Source: an uncultured Gemmatimonadales bacterium
GTDB taxonomy: Bacteria > Gemmatimonadota > Gemmatimonadetes > Gemmatimonadales > Gemmatimonadaceae
Direction: 5' to 3'
Assembly: GCA_963793305.1 (NCBI GenBank)
Contig: CAWBZV010000005.1
Location: 928,001 to 992,000 of the forward strand
DNA length: 64,000 bases
A program made the position numbers and the translations under genes. Below the pieces are notes generated by a model. That model searched no databases. It was not told where the DNA came from and worked only from the letters and a program-made list of their open reading frames with translations. Below are positions 9,913 to 17,957 of the stretch, one piece after another. The first letter of the stretch is position 1; each line of letters starts with the position of its first letter.

Positions 9913-11555
9913 CGGTGGTGTCCTCCTCCGCCTACTCTCGCCGGCATTCGTGCCATGCCGCCGCTCCGGGCAGTGTTGTACCGGAAGTTGAGCTCCCGGT
10001 GCTCCGCCTCCTGCCGTTGATACATCTGCGCGCGCGATTCGGTCGGTCGCGGATTGGCGAACTCCTGCATGTGCCGCGATTCGAGTTGTCGCCGCTCTTG
10101 GTCGTACGACTGATCGAGTGATGTGCGTCCGGGGCGGGCGAGCCTGGTACCTGGCGCGCCGGCTGAACGGATCGGCCGGGACTCGCCGGGCGGCGGGGCA
10201 TGTAGTGCCTCGACGGAACGGCTCGCCAGTCGTGCCGGCGGAGCAGCGCCACGCTGGCCTATGAACCGACCGCGCGTCGGCTCAACGCCCGGGCCGCGGT
10301 CGAGCACTCCGGCTTTACTGAGGTCTGACGCCGACGGGTGTATGGCGTCGCGGCCCACGCGCTCGCCGTCGCCGAATGCGCGCGACGGCACGGCCGTGAC
10401 TGCGCCAGGGATCGCCCGGTTGCGGTACGCAAAGTTATGGACGTCCACAAATTCCCTGCCGCCGTTCAACCGCTCGCGATATCGATCTCCGACGCGATAC
10501 CATGGCACGAACGGCTCACGCGGAGCGAGTGGGAACCAGCCGACGCCGAGCCCCCATGTCGATCCGCCGACGAAAGCGACGAGTCCCGGTGCCCAGATGG
10601 GGTCATAGATGAGCGGTCCGGGGCACCATCCCCACGCACTGCCGATGAACGCCCATCGTCCATAGTGAAACGGCGCCCATCCCCACGAATACCCATCGAC
10701 CCAGCTCCAGCCCCAGGGCTCGACCCACTCCCAGCTGCCGATGGAGTAGGGCGACCAGCCGACCGCGACGGTCGTCGGGAACCACACCGCTCCGTAGTCG
10801 GGATTGTCGACCCAGCCGCCATACGCGTCGAGATCCTCGAGGCCGCCCATGTCGGCGGAGACATATCGCGCCGAGGCGGTCGCGCGGTCTTCTCTCTCAT
10901 CGCGACCGCGCGCCCATTGGTCGAAGTCATCGCTCGCGCCGGCGCTCGTTACGTTGACGGTCGCGGTGCTGTCGCCACGAACGAGTGCGGTCTGACCCGC
11001 CTCGACCTGCGTGTTCGACCCGTTCGCCGTGATCTGCGCGTGGCCGGACCACGCGGTCACGCGCGTCGTGTCGCCCGAGGTCGAGACATCGATCCGATAT
11101 TCGCCGTCCTGATCGAGGATGATCGCGGAGTTCGGTGCGTCGATCTCGTAGTCTTTCTTGATGTCCATCGCCTTGACGCGCACGTCGATCGATCCTTGCG
11201 GCACGCGAAGCTGCAGCATGTCGTCGTCGAGATGGACGACGTCGACCTCCGTCTCGCGCGCCGCGCGGAACGCGTTGGGTCCCACCTCCACCTCGACGTG
11301 CCCGACGCTGTCGACCCAGAGCGCATCGCCGGTCGTGACTGGACGGTTCGGCTCTGGAATGGCCCACGTGTCGGCCGCGGCGGCCCGAAACGAGACGGCG
11401 CCTTCGAGGAACGCGAGACGCCCGACGTGCGCGGGCGGATCGTCGGCGTCGGGAGGGGTCGGTACTGGGCCGGGTGACTCGGTGGACTGCGCGTAGCCAT
11501 AGCAGCCGGCGACGACGAGCACCGCGGCGATGAGACTGAGGCGATCAGTGCGCAT
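9909..11555 (-). CDS. FecR-like/DUF6600 domain exported protein
   Basis: Signal peptide, GRLAFLEGAVS/NRPVTTGD FecR-like region, Trp-rich WGWAPFHYGRW region. Confidence 0.8.
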   Translation of the reverse strand: MRTDRLSLIAAVLVVAGCYGYAQSTESPGPVPTPPDADDPPAHVGRLAFLEGAVSFRAAAADTWAIPEPNRPVTTGDALWVDSVGHVEVEVGPNAFRAARETEVDVVHLDDDMLQLRVPQGSIDVRVKAMDIKKDYEIDAPNSAIILDQDGEYRIDVSTSGDTTRVTAWSGHAQITANGSNTQVEAGQTALVRGDSTATVNVTSAGASDDFDQWARGRDEREDRATASARYVSADMGGLEDLDAYGGWVDNPDYGAVWFPTTVAVGWSPYSIGSWEWVEPWGWSWVDGYSWGWAPFHYGRWAFIGSAWGWCPGPLIYDPIWAPGLVAFVGGSTWGLGVGWFPLAPREPFVPWYRVGDRYRERLNGGREFVDVHNFAYRNRAIPGAVTAVPSRAFGDGERVGRDAIHPSASDLSKAGVLDRGPGVEPTRGRFIGQRGAAPPARLASRSVEALHAPPPGESRPIRSAGAPGTRLARPGRTSLDQSYDQERRQLESRHMQEFANPRPTESRAQMYQRQEAEHRELNFRYNTARSGGMARMPARVGGGGHHR

Positions 11556-11596
11556 GGATCCTTAATGTAGTCACTCTCGTGATCAGTCGAGAATCG

Positions 11597-11610
11597 ATTG
11601 GCACCAATAT
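11597..11610. promoter_or_regulatory. palindromic operator-like motif
   Basis: ATTGGCACCAATAT; near-identical copy at 17275-17288. Confidence 0.5.
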
Positions 11611-11613
11611 ATC

Positions 11614-11629
11614 AGGCACATTTCTCGCA
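11614..11629 (+). promoter_or_regulatory. sigma-54 (-24/-12) promoter candidate
   Basis: AGGCACATTTCTCGCA: GG-N10-GC with GGCAC core, about 25 nt upstream of the ATG at 11654 and its GGAGG RBS. Confidence 0.5.
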
Positions 11630-11653
11630 GCATTATTCGACGGGAGGTGTGCC

Positions 11654-11917
11654 ATGTATATCGCGATGGGCCTCTGTGCCCTCATGCTCGCCGCCGGGCC
11701 TGGCATCACGAAAGACCAGGCTCAACGGACGGCGATCGCCGCAGTGCGCGGTGGAACGGTGAAGTCCGAGCGCCAGGCCACTGAGGCAGGTAAGCCTGTG
11801 TACGAGTTCGACATCAATGTCGCCAACAAGGGATTTGTCGAGCTTGTCACCGTCGACGAGAACACCGGCAAAGTGGTCGGTGAGACGTACGACGGTCCTC
11901 AAATGAGACACGGGTAA
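11654..11917 (+). CDS. PepSY domain protein
   Basis: Signal peptide, ITKDQAQRTA, VYEFDI, VTVDENTGKVV; GGAGG RBS. Confidence 0.85.
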   Translation: MYIAMGLCALMLAAGPGITKDQAQRTAIAAVRGGTVKSERQATEAGKPVYEFDINVANKGFVELVTVDENTGKVVGETYDGPQMRHG

Positions 11918-11955
11918 GCTAGATTCTCCTCTCGTCGTCAATACGGGAGGAGTCG

Positions 11956-12805
11956 ATGGGCCTGGATGCATCATTGGGCCGACGCCACCTGCTGACGCTG
12001 GGCGTCGGCTCAGTGATAACTGCGTCGCTCCGTACTCTGTTACGCCAACCGCCGCCGCAGGGTTGTGCGCCGCCGATCCCGCAGCATCACGAGCCCGCGA
12101 ACGGCGGGCCGTGCCCCTATCCCATTCCATGGCTCGACAAGAACGGCAACCATAACCAGGCCGCCGGCCCGAACGTCGAGCTGTCCAGCATCTATCACTT
12201 CAAGGGACAGCTCGCTCGAATGCAGCGGCTTCCACGGCATGGGAACGGACAATGCCGGCAACCGGCTTGCCTGGGGCACTCCTACGACGGACTACAGCGT
12301 CATGTCCGGCGAGTACTGGGCGGCGCGCACGGCGCACCAGGCGATATTCGCCCACACATGACTGACCGTGTTCAAGGGGCCGGCGGTCCCGACGAACCAG
12401 ATCCACGATTTTCATCCACCGATCTCGCCTGAAGGCCTGTACTGGGTCACGCCCGTGCCCGCGTCGGGCCTCACGATGAGCACGGATGCTCGAACGGCTA
12501 CGATGCGCCTGACGAACGTGCCGATCATCGACCAACCACGCTGGCCAGCGATGGATGCCGAGACGACGCCCGCATTCATGGATTGCACGGTCGTGTGGAC
12601 CGCGACTGACCAGCCGGTGAAGTACGAGGACCCGATGCGGCAGTATCGCTTTGAGGGGCACATCGCGACCGCGCAACTCGAGGCGACCGTTCGCGTCCCC
12701 GAGATGGGGTTCACCTTCACGACCGATCCGCTCGCGCAATCGAAATGCGATTTCGCCGTGATCGGGAACGCGGTCAACGGCAAATACTACGAGACGGCTC
12801 ATTGA
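11956..12805 (+). CDS. Tat-signal hypothetical protein with in-frame UGA (candidate selenoprotein); frameshift near 12220
   Basis: GGAGGAG RBS; SLGRRHLL twin-Arg motif; frame continues AHT-TGA(12359-12361)-LTVFKG into ORF 12368-12805; hairpin 12370-12397. Could instead be two genes. Confidence 0.6.
12362..12400 (+). promoter_or_regulatory. SECIS-like stem-loop
   Basis: GTTC/GAAC lower stem, GGGGCC/GGTCCC upper stem, G-initiated apical loop starting 21 nt after the UGA. Confidence 0.45.
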
Positions 12806-14142
12806 CCGCCGCGCAACTCGATCAACGTACCGACCAGGAGGTCGTGCGCGTGGTCTTCGCGTACCTCGCGTGCGCGACGATCTGGCTGCTGGTCGGAACG
12901 GGGATCGGGTTCTATGTCGCGCTCAAGTTCGTCTGGCCCGATCTGGGCGTCGCGAGCTTTCTGTCGGAGCCGCGGCTCCGGCCCGTCCACACGAATCTCG
13001 TGCTCTTCGGGTGGGCCTCGCTCGCCCAGATCGCGATGGCGCTGCTCGTCGTGCCGCGCACGTCGCGGGCCTTGTTGTTCAACTCCCGCTTGGCGTGGAT
13101 CAGCCTCATCGCCATCAACATCTCGCTGGTGACCGGTACGATCTGTCTCATCGCCGGCGTCAACAACGGGATGCAGGAGTACCGCGAGTACCTCTGGCCC
13201 GTGATGGCGCTCTATGTCGCGGCGCTCGTGCTGCTGCTGTACGTCCTGTATCGCACCGTGGCAAGCCGCGGGACATCGTCGATCTACATCTCGAACTGGT
13301 ACATCCTCGGCGCGTTCGCCTGGATCGCCACGCTCATCACGATCGCGTACTTGCCGTGGTACCAGCAAGGCCTGAGCGAGACCGTCATGCAGGGGTACTT
13401 CATGCACAACGCCGTCGGCATGTGGTTCACGCCGATGGTGCTGGGCCTTACGTACTACACGCTCCCGAAGCTGCTGAACAAGCCGGTGTACTCATACGCG
13501 CTCGGCGTGCTCGCCTTCTGGACACAGCTCGCGTTCTACCCAATGATCGGCGCTCACCACTTTGTCTTCAGCCCGACGCCATGGTCCCTCCAGACCGTCG
13601 CCATCGTGTTCAGCATCGGGATGGTGGTCCCGGTCGTCGCCGGCTCGGCGAACTTCCTGCTCACGATGCGCGGTGAGTGGAGCAGTGTCCGCAACAGCTA
13701 CGCGCTGCCATTCATCTTTGTCGGCGTCATCATGTACTTCGTCGCCTCGATGCAGGGAACCCTCGAGGCGTTTCGATCGCTGAACATGGTCTGGCACTTC
13801 ACGGACTTCACGGTCGCGCATTCGCACATGGCGATGTACGGATTCGTGACGTTCCTCATCTGGGGCTCGGTCTACGGGCTCGTGCCCTCGCTCACGAAGC
13901 GGCATCCGCCGCTCGTGCCGGTCGGCATGCATTTCTGGCTGGCGTTGATCGGGCTCACGATCTACGCCACGTCGATGATGGTCGGTGGCACGCTGCGCGG
14001 CCTGTCGTGGATCCAGAGCGCACCGTTCATCGACTCGGTGTCGTTGATGGCGCCCTACTGGACCGCCCGCGCGCTCGGCGGCGGTCTCATGGTCCTGTCG
14101 CACCTCGTGTTCGCGTACAACGTGTGGCGGATGCGGCCATGA
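12802..14142 (+). CDS. ccoN: cbb3-type-like heme-copper oxidase subunit I
   Basis: RLRPVHTNLVLFGW, EYREY, YISNWY, HNAVG, YPMIGAHH, HFTDFTVAHSH; about 12 TM helices; TTG start overlaps the upstream stop. Confidence 0.88.
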   Translation: MTAAQLDQRTDQEVVRVVFAYLACATIWLLVGTGIGFYVALKFVWPDLGVASFLSEPRLRPVHTNLVLFGWASLAQIAMALLVVPRTSRALLFNSRLAWISLIAINISLVTGTICLIAGVNNGMQEYREYLWPVMALYVAALVLLLYVLYRTVASRGTSSIYISNWYILGAFAWIATLITIAYLPWYQQGLSETVMQGYFMHNAVGMWFTPMVLGLTYYTLPKLLNKPVYSYALGVLAFWTQLAFYPMIGAHHFVFSPTPWSLQTVAIVFSIGMVVPVVAGSANFLLTMRGEWSSVRNSYALPFIFVGVIMYFVASMQGTLEAFRSLNMVWHFTDFTVAHSHMAMYGFVTFLIWGSVYGLVPSLTKRHPPLVPVGMHFWLALIGLTIYATSMMVGGTLRGLSWIQSAPFIDSVSLMAPYWTARALGGGLMVLSHLVFAYNVWRMRP

Positions 14143-15035
14143 TGCACCTCAACACGCATAAGAATCTGCCGCTGCTGTTCGGCCTCGCGTCGGGCGGATT
14201 CGTGGTTCTGAGCCTCATCATCGGGGTCGGTCCATCTCTTTGGGTACAGCGGCACAACGCCCCGCTCCCAGGCTCGACCCCACTGACCGCCGAGGAACAG
14301 GCAGGCCTCCGGGTCTTCGTCTCGGAGGGTTGCGGATACTGCCACACCCAGCAGATTCGCCCGCTGTCGGAGGACACGCTCTACGGTCGCCCATCGGCCC
14401 CGGGCGACTATGCCCGGCTCACGACACTCAGCCCCTGGATCCAGGTCCCGGAGATCCTCGGCACCGAACGCACGGGTCCGGACCTGAGCGACATTGCCGC
14501 GCGACAGCCGAGCGATGTCTGGCAGTACATGCACTTGTATCAGCCGCGCTCGGTTGTCCCGCAATCGATCATGCCGGCATTCCCATGGCTGTTCGGTCCC
14601 AATCGCGAACCGACTCCGCGCGCGAAGGCGCTCGTCGCGTACTTGCTGTCGCTCAAGCAAACGCCGATTGGAACGCCGAAGAGCGCGGCTGGCGGCGGGG
14701 GCGCGGCCGGCGCGCAGGTCTTCGCGACGCGCTGCGCCAGTTGCCATCAAGCATCGGGCGCTGGAGTTCCAGGGGCATTCCCACCGCTCGCCGGAGACTC
14801 GGTCGTGAACGGACCGGGAACGGCGCAGATCGACATTGTCCTCAACGGACTCCACGGCAAGGCCATCAACGGCGTGAGCTACGCGAGCGCGATGCCGGCG
14901 TGGCGCACGGTGATGTCGGACGCCGAGATCGCGGCGGTCATTACGTATGAGCGCGCGAGCTGGGGCAATCACGGCTCTCCGGTGGCGGCGACCGATGTGG
15001 CCGCCGAACGCGGCACGACATCGCCTGCGCCATGA
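14139..15035 (+). CDS. ccoO: CcoO-like subunit II fused to an additional cytochrome c
   Basis: EGCGYCHTQQIR, GTERTGPDL, PRSVVPQSIMP, second heme motif CASCH...MP. Confidence 0.85.
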   Translation: MMHLNTHKNLPLLFGLASGGFVVLSLIIGVGPSLWVQRHNAPLPGSTPLTAEEQAGLRVFVSEGCGYCHTQQIRPLSEDTLYGRPSAPGDYARLTTLSPWIQVPEILGTERTGPDLSDIAARQPSDVWQYMHLYQPRSVVPQSIMPAFPWLFGPNREPTPRAKALVAYLLSLKQTPIGTPKSAAGGGGAAGAQVFATRCASCHQASGAGVPGAFPPLAGDSVVNGPGTAQIDIVLNGLHGKAINGVSYASAMPAWRTVMSDAEIAAVITYERASWGNHGSPVAATDVAAERGTTSPAP

Positions 15036-15856
15036 CGACCCCGGCGTCGCACGGTGTCCGCATTTATCTCGACGACGGCGCGACGCCGATCGCCGAGTTC
15101 GATCCGCCGAGCGTGTTCTCGCTCGACACGGAGCGTTTGACGGATGGTCCGCACACGTTGCGGGTCGAAGCGATCGACGAATGGGGACACCGTTCCGAGC
15201 GCGTGATTCCGTTCGAGGTGCGCAACGGACCGGGGATCGCGGTCGAGGGGATCGCGGCGGGCGAGACGGTCGGCGGCCGGCGGTCGATCGTCGTCAACGC
15301 CTACGCGGCGGGTCGCGTCGAGACGTGGGAGCCAGTGCGCGCCGAGACGCCCACGCCGATCCCCTCGTGGGTGTGGGTCGTGTTCCTGGTCATGGTGGCC
15401 GCGGGGGTGTTCTACATCGCCCGCGAGTGGCAGCCGCCCGCGCGATTCGCGTCGACGCCGACATACGCGGCCTGGGCGTCGCCGACTGCGTCTCGTGCGG
15501 TCATTGCTCCGGCGACCGACCGCGGCGCCGAGTTGTTTCGGGTGACGTGCGCCAATTGCCATCAGGCGAACGGTGAGGGGCTACCAGGCGCATTTCCGCC
15601 ACTGGTCGGCGATCCCGTCGTGACTTCGTCCGATACGAAAGAGCATGCGCAGATCGTCTTGTTCGGCTTGTCCGGCCGCGTCATCGGCGGCGTGCATTAC
15701 ACCGCGCAGATGCCGGCGTGGGGTGCTCAGCTCTCTGATGAGGAGATCGCCGCGATCATGGATTACGAGCGTTCCGCGTGGGGTAACGCGGGGGCGCCAA
15801 CAACGGCGAAGTTCGTGAGCACGGTGCGCGCTGCGCACGTGACGGCGACCCCGTGA
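15032..15856 (+). CDS. membrane-anchored cytochrome c with N-terminal Ig-like domain
   Basis: LDTERLTDGPHTLRV Ig-like region, TM helix, CANCH, GAFPPL, MPAWG. Confidence 0.85.
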   Translation: MTTPASHGVRIYLDDGATPIAEFDPPSVFSLDTERLTDGPHTLRVEAIDEWGHRSERVIPFEVRNGPGIAVEGIAAGETVGGRRSIVVNAYAAGRVETWEPVRAETPTPIPSWVWVVFLVMVAAGVFYIAREWQPPARFASTPTYAAWASPTASRAVIAPATDRGAELFRVTCANCHQANGEGLPGAFPPLVGDPVVTSSDTKEHAQIVLFGLSGRVIGGVHYTAQMPAWGAQLSDEEIAAIMDYERSAWGNAGAPTTAKFVSTVRAAHVTATP

Positions 15857-16164
15857 CGGAGCAGAGCACGTACTCGCAGTCTCCCATGGGCCGTATGGGA
15901 GAACCTCCCTCCGGGCCGCTCGACTACGTCATCGTCGCGATCGCCGTCGTGTTCGTAGCGGCAGCCGCGATCCAGACCGTCCGCCGGCTGATCCATCCGG
16001 GCGAGGACGCGCCGGATCACATCAAGCGCTCAGTACTGCTCGACGACCCCGATCCACGATGTCTGGGGGGTCCGGGGGGCGTAGTTGGGGTTTGCCCCCC
16101 GGAGTCGAACCGACCAGTCGAGGAGCGCGAAGCGCTGCATCGACGTGCCGCGGAGCGGCGCTAG
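15853..16164 (+). CDS. small membrane protein at end of oxidase operon
   Basis: GTGA overlap with upstream gene, one TM helix, PGEDAPDHIKRSVL; 3' part runs through a palindrome. Confidence 0.6.
   Translation: MTEQSTYSQSPMGRMGEPPSGPLDYVIVAIAVVFVAAAAIQTVRRLIHPGEDAPDHIKRSVLLDDPDPRCLGGPGGVVGVCPPESNRPVEEREALHRRAAERR
16071..16103. repeat. REP-like G/C palindrome
   Basis: TCCGGGGGGC...GCCCCCCGGA preceded by a G6 run. Confidence 0.5.
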
Positions 16165-16988
16165 AGCGCTTTGACGGCCAGCGCGTCCGCGGGGCGACGC
16201 TCGATCGTGTACATGAGCGTGAACGGCAGACGGCGTTCTTCGACGACGTTGAACGCCTTGCGGAGCTCGCGCTCCATTTTCCGCTCGTTGAAGCCGAGGT
16301 GTCCGCCCGTCCATTGGGACTCGAGTCCGCTCGTGTCGCCGAGGATGCCCGCCTTGAGCGCATCGGCCACGGGAATGTGCTCGTGGGCGAGGCCGAGGGT
16401 GCTCTGCGTGACGTAGCGTGTCAGGAACCCAATGCCCGTCATTCTCGGAATCGAGATAATGATGCGGGCCGGCGGCGCGAGAAACGTGATCAGGTCCCGC
16501 AAGAACTGCACGCGATATGCATTGCAGTCCGTGCCCGCTGGGGCGTCGGGTCCAACGTGCTCGAGCGTCTCCAGCAGGAACATCACGCCGTACTCCCGAT
16601 CGCCGCGGGGGCCGAGCAGGCGCGCTCGCAGCACGGGGAGGGGCATCTGGTGGGAGTTGATGACGTCGACGGACTCGAGGTGGGATTCCTCGACGACTTG
16701 CTTCGCGATCGGAATGACGCGCGGGTCGTGGTCGACGGCCGCGACCCGTGTGAAATAGCGCGCGAGGGAGGGCAGGAGGACCCCATCGGCGCAGCCGAAG
16801 TCGATCGCCCCGGTCTTGTAGAACCACGGCCGGGCCAGGGACAGCGCGATGTCGAACCGCCGCCGCTTGAGGGCCGCGATCGGTCCAGGCCGCAGGTAGT
16901 TATAGTGTGCGTAAGTCCGGTAGGGGCCGATATAGCACTCTGATTCAGACTCCAGAATGCCCGGGGCCGGTCGGACGAAGTAGCGCAT
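16161..16988 (-). CDS. class I SAM-dependent methyltransferase
   Basis: IDFGCADG motif I, VAAVD, LETLEHV, IISIP. Confidence 0.85.
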   Translation of the reverse strand: MRYFVRPAPGILESESECYIGPYRTYAHYNYLRPGPIAALKRRRFDIALSLARPWFYKTGAIDFGCADGVLLPSLARYFTRVAAVDHDPRVIPIAKQVVEESHLESVDVINSHQMPLPVLRARLLGPRGDREYGVMFLLETLEHVGPDAPAGTDCNAYRVQFLRDLITFLAPPARIIISIPRMTGIGFLTRYVTQSTLGLAHEHIPVADALKAGILGDTSGLESQWTGGHLGFNERKMERELRKAFNVVEERRLPFTLMYTIERRPADALAVKAL

Positions 16989-17056
16989 CTAGGTGAAAAA
17001 TTTGATCGGGCCGGGCTGAAACACAATACCATATACACCTTAACCACTACCGCATT

Positions 17057-17257
17057 ATGCCATACGCCTCGAACGGCCAGTTGCCCCCCGGAGTCCGCGA
17101 TCACCTCCCGGCCCACGCCCAGGACATCTATCGCGAAGCCTTCAACCACGCGTCCGTCGAGTACGCCGGCGAGGGTGAGTCGGCCGCTCACCGGGTCGCG
17201 TGGGCCGCGGTCGAAAAGAAGTACGAGAAACGCGACGGCAAGTGGGTTGCGAAATAG
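17057..17257 (+). CDS. chaB: ChaB family protein
   Basis: LPPGVRDHLPAHAQDIYREAFN...AHRVAWAAVEKKYEK. Confidence 0.92.
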   Translation: MPYASNGQLPPGVRDHLPAHAQDIYREAFNHASVEYAGEGESAAHRVAWAAVEKKYEKRDGKWVAK

Positions 17258-17288
17258 CCCAGGTCGCTCTATAATATTGGTACCAATA
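17247..17288 (+). promoter_or_regulatory. sigma-70 promoter with overlapping palindromic operator
   Basis: TTGCGA(17247)-N17-TATAAT(17270); perfect palindrome TATTGGTACCAATA 17275-17288 over the predicted +1. Confidence 0.65.
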
Positions 17289-17306
17289 CTATCCGAGGCT
17301 CGGGTC

Positions 17307-17861
17307 ATGTCCGCGCGCGTCGCCACTCTCGTGCTCACCGCCGCCAGCTTGCTGGCCGCCTGCTCCCATCACACTCCACCCGCGACCACACCGGCGCCGC
17401 AGCAACAGGCGGCCGCCCCGACTCCGCCAGCCGCTCCAGCGCCGACCCCCGCTCCTACTCCGGTCGCGAAAGTCGACGACAGTGCCATCCGCTCGGCGCT
17501 CACGCAGATGACGTTCTTCGCGTTCGACCGGTCCGAGCTCTCTGACCAGGACCAGACGACCCTCGCGGCAAAGGTCCCGATTCTGGCCGCGAACCCCACC
17601 GTCGCAATCCGCGTCGCCGGCAACTGCGATGACCGCGGCTCCGACGAGTACAACCTCGCCCTCGGCCAGCGCCGTGCCGAATCCGCGAAGCGCTACCTGA
17701 CCGAGCACGGGATCGCCACGACCCGCGTCGCGACCATCAGTTACGGGAAGGAGCACCCGATCTCGGCAGGCGATAACGAGGCGTCATGGGCGCAAAATCG
17801 CAACGATCAATTCGAGATCACGTCCGGCGCCAGCGTCCTTCAGGGCCCGCAGACGAACTAG
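17307..17861 (+). CDS. pal: peptidoglycan-associated lipoprotein (OmpA-like)
   Basis: LAAC lipobox; FAFDRSEL, GNCDDRGSDEYNLALGQRRA, SYGKEHP. Confidence 0.9.
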   Translation: MSARVATLVLTAASLLAACSHHTPPATTPAPQQQAAAPTPPAAPAPTPAPTPVAKVDDSAIRSALTQMTFFAFDRSELSDQDQTTLAAKVPILAANPTVAIRVAGNCDDRGSDEYNLALGQRRAESAKRYLTEHGIATTRVATISYGKEHPISAGDNEASWAQNRNDQFEITSGASVLQGPQTN

Positions 17862-17872
17862 TTGTATAGAAC

Positions 17873-17916
17873 ACGGCTAGAGTCGCCACCGTTGCGATTC
17901 TAGCCGTCGTTCGTTT
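17873..17916 (+). terminator. intrinsic terminator-like hairpin after pal
   Basis: ACGGCTAGAGTCGC / GCGATTCTAGCCGT stem followed by T-rich tail. Confidence 0.6.
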
Positions 17917-17957
17917 CGCACTGGTCATGATTCGACCCACGCTTTAGCGTTGGGGCC

